DNA from: Candidatus Izemoplasmatales bacterium
GTDB lineage: Bacteria > Bacillota_I > Bacilli_A > Izemoplasmatales > Hujiaoplasmataceae
Assembly (NCBI GenBank): GCA_050177605.1
Contig: JBFXGX010000037.1
Span: 1-14,184 of the forward strand
DNA: 14,184 nucleotides
Direction: 5' to 3'
Shown here: one piece after another, positions 1 through 7,183 of the stretch
Layout: every line of letters starts with the position of its first letter
Numbering within the stretch: position 1 is the first letter of the stretch
Made by a program: the position numbers and the translations under genes
Notes under the pieces: model-generated
Told to the model about the DNA's origin: nothing
The model's input: the letters and a program-made list of their open reading frames with translations, nothing else
The model's database searches: none

Positions 1-534
1 GGACATGATATGTTTCATGTTCAACGTGTTTATCAAATGGCGCTTCAGTTAGCTTCTTTTTATGAGGTGGATAATGAAGTTGTGGCTCTTGCGAGTATAC
101 TTCATGATCTCGATGACCCAAAAATAAGTGAAAACACGCATTTTGTATCCCGTTTTTTGAGTTCCGCTGATTTAGATTCAGGAAAGAAAACAATGATTCA
201 AGATATCATAAACAATATGTCATTTTCAAAACAAAAAGAAGGTGCGATGATTGAATGTCTAGAAGGTAAAATCGTACAAGATGCCGATCGGCTGGATGCC
301 ATTGGAGCGATTGGTATCGCTCGATGTTTCGCCTATGGCGGGGCTAAACACCGTGCAATTTATCTTGGAGATAATGATGATTCTTCATCTTTAGCCCATT
401 TTTATCAAAAGTTACTCAAATTAGAAGATTTGATGAATTTGGAAGAATCAAGAATGATTGCACATGAAAGAACCAAATTGATGAAAGAATTTTTGACTCA
501 TTTTCACGAAGATTTTAATCTAGGCGTGATTTAA
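1..534 (+). CDS. HD-domain metal-dependent phosphohydrolase (YedJ/YpgQ-like), 5'-truncated
   Basis: Frame is open from base 1 (GHDMFHVQRV), so the true start lies upstream of the window. Motifs LHDLDD and VQDADRLDAIGAIGIARCFAYGG, plus HFYQKLLKL, are typical of this HD family. Confidence 0.9.
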   Translation, partial: GHDMFHVQRVYQMALQLASFYEVDNEVVALASILHDLDDPKISENTHFVSRFLSSADLDSGKKTMIQDIINNMSFSKQKEGAMIECLEGKIVQDADRLDAIGAIGIARCFAYGGAKHRAIYLGDNDDSSSLAHFYQKLLKLEDLMNLEESRMIAHERTKLMKEFLTHFHEDFNLGVI

Positions 535-570
535 TTCTTTTCAAAAATGATTTTGTTTTTTTATTCAGCC

Positions 571-598
571 TTGTCATGAATTCAAAAAATGTTAAAAT
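571..598 (+). promoter_or_regulatory. Putative sigma-A promoter of the modification operon
   Basis: TTGTCA (571-576), 16-bp spacer, extended -10 TGtTAAAAT (590-598). RBS GAAGGTGA at 603-610 precedes the ATG at 616. Confidence 0.55.
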
Positions 599-615
599 AA
601 ATGAAGGTGAACTGA

Positions 616-1596
616 ATGGATCGATACTTAGAAATGAAGCGTCAATTGCTAAAGATGGCCTCAATCAATCATATTCCCATTCTTGGTGAGTTTGAACTCA
701 CCAGTTTTTGTAATGCATCATGTTATATGTGTTACGTTGCAGGAAGAAAGAAAGATTTTCCAAGTTACCTACAATGGATGGCCCTATTTGAAGAGGCAGT
801 AAAGTGCGGAATGCTCTATGCTTTGCTGACGGGTGGAGAAGTATTTGCCCATCCTGATTTTTGCAAAATCTACGAGGACCTTTATGATTTAGGTGTCAAA
901 ATCACTGTGTATACGAATGGAAGTCTATTAAGTGATGCCATTCTTGAAACCTTTAAAAAGCGACCACCTGAAATGATTGCGATTACGCTCTATGGCGCAA
1001 ATAATGATACCTATAAGAAGATTACATCTTCCCTTACGTTTGATGAGGTGAAAGACAGTATTGCGGCCTTGCAAGAGAGTCACTTACCACTTCAAATCAG
1101 AACGATTCCATTACGTGAAATCTATGAGACGTTAGATGAAGTCATCGCATATGCGAAAAGTATCGAACTATCTCTTGGATACTTTTTATATGTCTCAAAA
1201 GGAAGTTACGATTTAAATAAGCGATTAAATACGACAGAACTTATCGATTTTGAAAAGAGAATTCGATCTGCGTTTTCAAAGTTTGAAGAAAGAAAAGATT
1301 TTAATACATTTGTAAGTTGTCAAGCGTTAAAAAATAGTTTTTATATCAATTCAAAATTTGAGATGAGGGCTTGTTCATTAGCCATTTATCCTAGTAAAAA
1401 AGTGGAAGTAGGAAACTTCTTACGTACTTTTTTAGAACTGGAAGAAATGTGGGAAGAACTGGACACAGATCACTGCAGTTCTTGTAATGTTGTGAAGAGT
1501 TGCATCGCATGTAAAGCACGAAAGATGTTAGAAACTGATAAACAATGTTCACCTTACCTTTTAGATATTGCGAAAGGTAGGGTTCAAAATGAATAA
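616..1596 (+). CDS. Radical SAM protein with C-terminal SPASM-like domain (putative peptide maturase)
   Basis: CxxxCxxC (CNASCYMC), LTGGE and YTNG motifs. C-terminal 7-Cys pattern C-x17-C...CxxC-x5-C-x2-C-x11-C. Confidence 0.92.
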   Translation: MDRYLEMKRQLLKMASINHIPILGEFELTSFCNASCYMCYVAGRKKDFPSYLQWMALFEEAVKCGMLYALLTGGEVFAHPDFCKIYEDLYDLGVKITVYTNGSLLSDAILETFKKRPPEMIAITLYGANNDTYKKITSSLTFDEVKDSIAALQESHLPLQIRTIPLREIYETLDEVIAYAKSIELSLGYFLYVSKGSYDLNKRLNTTELIDFEKRIRSAFSKFEERKDFNTFVSCQALKNSFYINSKFEMRACSLAIYPSKKVEVGNFLRTFLELEEMWEELDTDHCSSCNVVKSCIACKARKMLETDKQCSPYLLDIAKGRVQNE

Positions 1597-2446
1597 AGTA
1601 TATAATGTAGCTGGAATTACGCTCACAGTTGATTATCTTTATCCTGACCTTCTAGAAAAAAGTCTTGAGCAATACATAACCAGTGAAGAAGCAAACTATC
1701 ATATTCGTGTTTCATTAATTGATCATTTTGATATACCAAAAACAGAACCTTCTATCATCTATAAAAATCGTTTTATCTATGAATTAGAGGAAGAATCGAT
1801 TTATGTTATCTATGATAAAACACTCACGCGAATATCGCATGTAATTACCTATCAGAATGAAGGGAAAGATATTTCTTTATATTTGATGAAATCTTCCACT
1901 AAAAATCTTGTGGAGCTAGAGTATCTATTAACAGGCATTTTCTTCTATGAAATTGCTTTAAAAGAAGGATTCATTATTCTCCATGCGAGTGCGGTAAAAC
2001 AGGGTGAGGAAGTTTATTTATTCTCTAGTCCAAGCGGTGGTGGAAAATCTACGATGGCAGAGCTGTTTCTAAAGGAGTACCCTGAAAGTACAATCTTAAA
2101 CGATGATAAACCGATTATCAAGCAACGCGGGAATGAATTTTATGTATACGGAACGCCATGGAGTGGAAAAACTCAAACGAACATGAATGATGAAGGTCAT
2201 CTTCATTCAATCATCTTTTTAAAACAAGCTCCGTTCAATCAAGTATCGCCGCTCTCGCCAAGATTAAAGATTGAACAAATGTACCGCAATATGTTCCGTC
2301 CTCGTGAGGAAGCAGAGAATGTCAAGGTAGCCACTATGGTCGAAAAATGCATTGCGAGAACAAGAATCATCCAGTATGAGTTTATCAATCATCCATCCGC
2401 AGCACAGTATATTTACAAGTGGATCAAGAAGGAGCAAATCAAATGA
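1589..2446 (+). CDS. HPr-kinase-related P-loop kinase (ScmC/PadeK-like)
   Basis: LHASAV, Walker A SPSGGGKST, LNDDKPII and VYGTPWSG motifs. ATG 1589 follows AAGGTAGG and overlaps the radical SAM stop, so it is preferred over the TTG at 1568. Confidence 0.8.
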   Translation: MNKVYNVAGITLTVDYLYPDLLEKSLEQYITSEEANYHIRVSLIDHFDIPKTEPSIIYKNRFIYELEEESIYVIYDKTLTRISHVITYQNEGKDISLYLMKSSTKNLVELEYLLTGIFFYEIALKEGFIILHASAVKQGEEVYLFSSPSGGGKSTMAELFLKEYPESTILNDDKPIIKQRGNEFYVYGTPWSGKTQTNMNDEGHLHSIIFLKQAPFNQVSPLSPRLKIEQMYRNMFRPREEAENVKVATMVEKCIARTRIIQYEFINHPSAAQYIYKWIKKEQIK

Positions 2447-2712
2447 AACTAAAAAAAGGATATGTCGTGAGAGAAATCGCAAATGAAATCATTGTGGTTC
2501 CTACAGGAGAAGAAGCTATTCATTTTAATGGGATTATGACACTCAATAAAACGGGAAAAACTTTGTTTGAAGCCCTTCTTAGCGATCAAACAATTGAATC
2601 TTTATTAGAAATCATCTTGAATAAATATGATATTGATAAAGCAAAAGCTTTACAAGATATTGAAAGTTTTATTACTGTCTTAAAGAAAAAGGAACTATTA
2701 AGGGATGAATAA
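2443..2712 (+). CDS. PqqD-family protein / stand-alone RiPP recognition element (RRE)
   Basis: 89 aa with VVREIANEIIVVP...LNKTGKTLFEAL...ILNKYDIDKAKALQDIESFITVLKKKELL pattern. RBS AAGGAG at 2429-2434 and ATGA overlap with the kinase stop. Confidence 0.92.
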   Translation: MKLKKGYVVREIANEIIVVPTGEEAIHFNGIMTLNKTGKTLFEALLSDQTIESLLEIILNKYDIDKAKALQDIESFITVLKKKELLRDE

Positions 2713-3160
2713 AGAAGTTTCCATCAAAGAGTTATCTCCATTAATCAAATCAAAAATAGATGAAGGCGGAGAGGTATATCTTCAAGTAAAAGGAGGATCA
2801 ATGTATCCTTTCTTTTTAGATGGAAAAACAATCGTTTGTCTTTCAAAGATCAAGGGTCGTTTCAAAAAGAATCAAGTTGTTTTATTTGAAAAAAACGGTG
2901 TCTACGGATTACACCGAATTATCAATGTTCATGATGATTATCTTACCACGAGAGGTGACGCATTAATTCAAAAAGAAAATGTCTTAAAAAGAGATGTGAT
3001 TGGTATCGTGACTTCTTTTAAGACAAAGAAAAAAGAAGTCACGACGAACAACTTCTTTTATCTATGTTTGGTCACTTTATGGCGCCTCACGTTCGCTTTA
3101 CGTCGTGCAAAACTTTTTTTCTTAAGAAAGGTGGTTAAATATGGACAACCTCACTCTTAA
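2705..3160 (+). CDS. S24/S26-family peptidase (Ser-His type), putative leader peptidase
   Basis: VKGGSMYPF (catalytic Ser), LHRII (His) and TRGDA motifs. No N-terminal transmembrane segment; hydrophobic/basic C-terminal tail. Overlaps both neighbours. Confidence 0.85.
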   Translation: MNKEVSIKELSPLIKSKIDEGGEVYLQVKGGSMYPFFLDGKTIVCLSKIKGRFKKNQVVLFEKNGVYGLHRIINVHDDYLTTRGDALIQKENVLKRDVIGIVTSFKTKKKEVTTNNFFYLCLVTLWRLTFALRRAKLFFLRKVVKYGQPHS

Positions 3161-4319
3161 TTTATTGAGTCTTGTTAATTCAAGTCTGAAGCAAGAACCT
3201 TCAGAGATTGTTTTAACTAAGGAAATGTACAAAATCGCAAAAGAAAATGGCTTATCTGGAACCCTTTTTCCTGCATTGAAAAAAGAGATTCAAGAAAGTG
3301 ATGTTTACTCGCTGGTTCAAAAGGACTACTATGAATTTATCTCGAAAGATACAGTGCAAATGCAGGCGATTGAAGATTTAACTTCTTTATTTGAAGAAAA
3401 CCATATTGAACACATCTTCTTAAAAGGTTCAGTGCTCAAAAAAGTCTATCCAGCATCTTACATGCGCTCTATGGGCGATATCGATTTCTTAGTAACAAAC
3501 GAAAAAATGAACCTTGTTCATCAAGTGCTTGAAGAAAGCGGATATATAAACTGGTCTAATTCGAAAGCACATGATTGTTTCCATAAAAATAGACAAGTGT
3601 TTTTGGAAGCTCATCCGACCCTCAATTCGGATTTTGATGATGCCTATAAAAATCTTTTTAAAGATGTATGGTCCACTTGTACAAGTGAAGGATATGTTTA
3701 CAAGATGAACCATGAAACAGAGATTACTTACCTTTTATTTCATATGGTGAAACATTTATCATCTTCAGGAATTGGACTACGAAATATTCTTGATTTATCA
3801 CTCTACCTTGAAAAATATGACAGTGAAATCAGTGTTGATTATTTATATAGCCTCCTCGAGAAAGCAAAACTTGAACGATTTGCACAAAATATTTTTTCGC
3901 TTTGTATTCTTTACTTCAAACCAAACCTTCTTCAAGACTATTTAAAAAACTATCAAATGGATCAAGCATTGATCGAAGAAGCAACCACGTTTATTCTCAC
4001 TTCAGGAGTACATGGAAAAGGAGAAAATAACAATGCGCATCTTTCCGGAAGTGCCAAACAGTCACTCAAGAAAAACAATGTTGTTATTGGGCGAATTGCT
4101 TATTTAGTTAAACTTGTGTTTCCACCCTTTGACACAATGCGAGGAATGTATCCTGTTCTTCATAAGCATCCTTATCTCTATCCTTTTACCTTTCTCGCCA
4201 GATGGTATAAGATTTTTGTGAAAAAGAGAAAAACAAGTTTTAATAAAATCAAAAAATTAAAAATTACTCACAATGAAATTGAACAAAGAAGATCACTTTA
4301 TGAGCGATTTGGTTTATAA
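3141..4319 (+). CDS. Nucleotidyltransferase family protein (NTP_transf_5-like)
   Basis: FLKGSVLKKVYP...RSMGDIDFLV, LEAH and HMVKHLSSSGIGLRNILDL motifs. RBS AAGGTGG upstream; overlaps the peptidase gene. Confidence 0.88.
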   Translation: MDNLTLNLLSLVNSSLKQEPSEIVLTKEMYKIAKENGLSGTLFPALKKEIQESDVYSLVQKDYYEFISKDTVQMQAIEDLTSLFEENHIEHIFLKGSVLKKVYPASYMRSMGDIDFLVTNEKMNLVHQVLEESGYINWSNSKAHDCFHKNRQVFLEAHPTLNSDFDDAYKNLFKDVWSTCTSEGYVYKMNHETEITYLLFHMVKHLSSSGIGLRNILDLSLYLEKYDSEISVDYLYSLLEKAKLERFAQNIFSLCILYFKPNLLQDYLKNYQMDQALIEEATTFILTSGVHGKGENNNAHLSGSAKQSLKKNNVVIGRIAYLVKLVFPPFDTMRGMYPVLHKHPYLYPFTFLARWYKIFVKKRKTSFNKIKKLKITHNEIEQRRSLYERFGL

Positions 4320-4394
4320 TTTTATCAATTTCAGTGATTATTCTTACATTTTTGTTAAATTCATGTAAATATTTAAAAAATATCGATATTTATG

Positions 4395-4422
4395 TTGTAA
4401 TATGTGATGAATTTGTTACAAT
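4395..4422 (+). promoter_or_regulatory. Putative sigma-A promoter overlapped by inverted repeat TTGTAA-N15-TTACAA
   Basis: TTGTAA 4395-4400, 16-bp spacer, extended -10 TGtTACAAT 4414-4422. Confidence 0.5.
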
Positions 4423-4428
4423 AATATT

Positions 4429-4559
4429 AGTAATTAATAAACATATGTCAAATAAATGGAATTAAGTCAATCGTTTTATTACTTCATGGGGGAGACAAGA
4501 AGTCAGTAATAAACCTTACTTTCTTTTTGTGCATCCTTTCTTGGATGCACATTTTTTTT
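4429..4559 (+). ncRNA. Candidate ~130-nt small RNA or structured leader
   Basis: Lies between a putative promoter and a strong terminator. Contains stem TTTATTACT (4475-4483)/AGTAATAAA (4505-4513) enclosing GGGGGAGAC. No known RNA family recognised. Confidence 0.3.
4528..4559 (+). terminator. Rho-independent terminator
   Basis: Perfect 9-bp stem TGTGCATCC/GGATGCACA, 6-nt loop, then T8. Confidence 0.9.
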
Positions 4560-4643
4560 ATGAGATACGGTAAATGATATTGAATAGTGAACGCTATGAT
4601 AATATATGTTTTAAAAAAATAAGTTCTGAGGGAGAATGTATTT

Positions 4644-4781
4644 ATGACTAAACAAGAATTAAATAAGAAAGAAACTTATGAAACACCTACAATTGAAGTC
4701 GTTGAATTTTCACTTGAAGAGAGTATTGCATTAAGTGGAGATTTTGGTTCAAGCGTAGTTTGTTCAGAAGAGTTGTTTTAG
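4644..4781 (+). CDS. Putative RiPP precursor peptide, 45 aa (MTKQELNKKETYETPTIEVVEFSLEESIALSGDFGSSVVCSEELF)
   Basis: Translated by hand. RBS GAGGGAG at 4628-4634, ATG 4644, TAG 4779-4781. YxxPxI leader motif of the type bound by RREs. Nearest ORF with a clear RBS downstream of the RRE/rSAM/peptidase operon. Confidence 0.85.
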   Translation: MTKQELNKKETYETPTIEVVEFSLEESIALSGDFGSSVVCSEELF

Positions 4782-4790
4782 GGGGACAGT

Positions 4791-7076
4791 ATGATGAAAA
4801 AACTATTTGGTTTTATCAGTCTTATCTTATTGTTTGGCATCGCGACAGCCTTTCATTATGTTGAAGCAGCCTCACCAGTGGGAACACCAGTCGACTTATC
4901 TATTACTTCATATTTTGATGAATTTAATAAAGACGTTGTTCCACTAACAAATGTTGCCTACGGATCTAAAATTGCATTTGACAGTAGTGTTACTGCAGAT
5001 GATTCAAGTTACACATTTTTATTTTGGCAAGTTAATGGTACTGTAAACTGGAATTTAGCAAAAGATTATCAGTTCACTGTAACGAATAATCTAGATTTAG
5101 TTGCTATGTTCAAGCCAGCTGATAAATTCGCAGTAGTCTTTATGGACTCAAACGGTGAATTAATTGATGTTAAATATGTTAATTCTGGTGTAGCCGCAGT
5201 AGAACCTGATACTACTAACTATACAAAAGTTGGATTTGTCTATGATTCAACAAAATGGAGTCAAGACTTTTCAAATGTTACTTCTGACATCGTAACCTAT
5301 CTTCAATATGTTCCAGTTGAAACGCCTAATACATTTACATTATCAGTTGAAAATGGATCAGACATAACAGTAGGTGGAACTGGTACATATGATTTTAATA
5401 AGGTTGTAACAGTAGAAGCAGATGCAAATGATTCTTACCAAGTGTTTAAATATTGGAGAGTTGATAGTAGAGTTGTCTCATACAGTTCTACTTATTCATT
5501 CACTATGTTACAAAATACAACTGTAACTGCAGTATATGATTCTTCCGCATTTGTGGATGCTCCAATTGTAACGATCACTCCAGCATTAAGTTTGAGAGGC
5601 GGATATGATTCATTCTTGGGTCAATACTATCTTCCTGCTGGATATACTTATGTTGAACATGGATTAATTAATAATGTTTCAGTTTCAAATCCTACTCTTG
5701 ATAGTGATGGAACTGTTCAACATGCTGGAACGAAGATTAATGCCTCTACGAATGAATTCCTTATCAGTTTAGATAACACTTCCAGTTTAGGCAATGTTAG
5801 AGGTTATTTAGTATACAAAGATGGTTCTGATGTTTTACATACAATTTATTCTGAAGTAGAAACTCCAAAATTATTTATAAGTGAATATGGTGAAAATGGT
5901 ACAAATAAATGGATTGAATTATACAATCCAACAAATGAGACCATTGATTTATCACAATATTCTGTTGATACTTCCAATGCTTCATCAATACCACTCTCTG
6001 GTTCTTTAAATAGTGGAGATACTTATTCGATATGTAATTCTTCGCCATCCTCAGAAGTCAGTTCATATTGTGATCTAACTACATCAGGAATCAATTTCAA
6101 TGGTGATGATGCTGTAAGTCTTTATTATGGATCTGTGATTATTGATACAATTGGTGCATACTCAGGTATGGTTACAAATGAATTAGCAGATATGACATTA
6201 ATACGAAAACTATCAACAGTATCTGGAAACGCCAATTTCAATATAAATGATTGGATAGAAAAACCGATTTATTATTACGATAATATCGATGTTTGGGGAT
6301 TCCCTTCTGTTGAGTCAGTATCAATTTCTGGAGAAATCAGTGTTGCTGCTGGAAGTTCAATTCAATTAACGGCGACAGTTGAGCCACATGGCTCCGACAC
6401 ATCTGTAACATGGTCTTCAAGTAACGAATCCGTCGCAACAGTAAATAGTGCTGGGCTAGTTTCCGGGGTCTCAGAAGGGACTATTATAATTACTGCTACA
6501 TCAGTCGAAAATGAAAACATTTTTAATACGTATGAAATCACTGTTTCTTCTTCGAGTTCAATCACATCTACGATAATTATTTATGAAATCTATGGTTCTG
6601 GAGGTAATACGGGTGCAGTATATAAATCTGATTATGTAATTTTATATAATACAACTAGCTCCAGTATTGATTTAACGGGCTATTCTATTCAATATGCAAG
6701 TTCGACTGGAACTACCTTCCAGGTTCAAGCTTTATCCGGATCAATAGCAGCTAATGGATATTTTGTTATTCGTCTAAAAACCGGAACTGTAGGCAGCGAT
6801 CTTCCTTCATACAATGTTAGTGGAACAATAGATATGTCGGGGACAAAAGGAAAGGTTGCATTAGTTAATTCTACTACAGCACTTAGTGGATTAACAGCGT
6901 CTTCCTCATCATCTGTCATTGATTTTGTTGGATATGGTTCTGCAAATGATTATGAAACTAGTGCTGCTCCTGCACCAGGAACTACTACCTCTGTACAGCG
7001 TACTTCTTTTGTTGATACGGATAATAATTCAGCTGACTTCGCAGCTGTTACTGCAGATTTATCTTATTTACCTTAA
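4791..7076 (+). CDS. Secreted modular protein: N-terminal beta-rich repeat module, lamin-tail domain (LTD), Ig-like Big_2 domain, second LTD
   Basis: Signal peptide MKKLFGFISLILLFGIATAFHYVEA. LFISEYGE...WIELYNPTNETIDLSQY (LTD); IQLTATVEP...VTWSSSNESVATVNSAGLVSGVSEGT (Big_2); IIIYEIYGSGGN...DFVGYG...DTDNNSADF (LTD). No catalytic domain recognised. Confidence 0.85.
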   Translation: MMKKLFGFISLILLFGIATAFHYVEAASPVGTPVDLSITSYFDEFNKDVVPLTNVAYGSKIAFDSSVTADDSSYTFLFWQVNGTVNWNLAKDYQFTVTNNLDLVAMFKPADKFAVVFMDSNGELIDVKYVNSGVAAVEPDTTNYTKVGFVYDSTKWSQDFSNVTSDIVTYLQYVPVETPNTFTLSVENGSDITVGGTGTYDFNKVVTVEADANDSYQVFKYWRVDSRVVSYSSTYSFTMLQNTTVTAVYDSSAFVDAPIVTITPALSLRGGYDSFLGQYYLPAGYTYVEHGLINNVSVSNPTLDSDGTVQHAGTKINASTNEFLISLDNTSSLGNVRGYLVYKDGSDVLHTIYSEVETPKLFISEYGENGTNKWIELYNPTNETIDLSQYSVDTSNASSIPLSGSLNSGDTYSICNSSPSSEVSSYCDLTTSGINFNGDDAVSLYYGSVIIDTIGAYSGMVTNELADMTLIRKLSTVSGNANFNINDWIEKPIYYYDNIDVWGFPSVESVSISGEISVAAGSSIQLTATVEPHGSDTSVTWSSSNESVATVNSAGLVSGVSEGTIIITATSVENENIFNTYEITVSSSSSITSTIIIYEIYGSGGNTGAVYKSDYVILYNTTSSSIDLTGYSIQYASSTGTTFQVQALSGSIAANGYFVIRLKTGTVGSDLPSYNVSGTIDMSGTKGKVALVNSTTALSGLTASSSSSVIDFVGYGSANDYETSAAPAPGTTTSVQRTSFVDTDNNSADFAAVTADLSYLP

Positions 7077-7093
7077 TTACTTTGGTTTTACTC

Positions 7094-7123
7094 GCCACGA
7101 TTTTTCGAAATCGTGGCTTTTTT
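7094..7123 (+). terminator. Rho-independent terminator
   Basis: 10-bp stem GCCACGATTT/AAATCGTGGC with TTCG loop, then T6. Confidence 0.92.
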
Positions 7124-7133
7124 CTTTTCAAAC

Positions 7134-7153
7134 TTACATCTTTGATGTAAAAT
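7134..7153 (+). promoter_or_regulatory. Palindrome TTACATC-N3-GATGTAA overlapping a putative -10 (TAAAAT 7148-7153)
   Basis: Perfect 7-bp inverted repeat between the terminator and the RBS GGAGGT (7170-7175). Confidence 0.4.
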
Positions 7154-7183
7154 AGAACTATGCCCTTGTGGAGGTACTCATAT

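Noticed and set aside
1568..1588. ORF-track starts at 1568, 2419 and 7160 (and 10)
   Set aside because: Better RBS-supported starts exist at 1589, 2443 and 7184. The HD gene is open from base 1.
616..2712. PQQ biosynthesis (pqqD/pqqE)
   Set aside because: No pqqB/pqqC, and the predicted core has no ExxxY motif. The EETY-like residues are in the leader and do not fit.
4320..4640. CRISPR array, tRNA or known riboswitch in the gap
   Set aside because: No repeat-spacer periodicity, no cloverleaf and no aptamer consensus that I could recognise; an Rfam search is still needed.
4636..4647. Alternative ATG at 4636
   Set aside because: It encodes only MYL-stop and is too close to the RBS; ATG 4644 has suitable spacing.
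616..4781. Lasso peptide cluster
   Set aside because: No asparagine-synthetase-like cyclase or transglutaminase-like B2, no Thr at -2, and no Asp/Glu at positions 7-9 of the predicted core.
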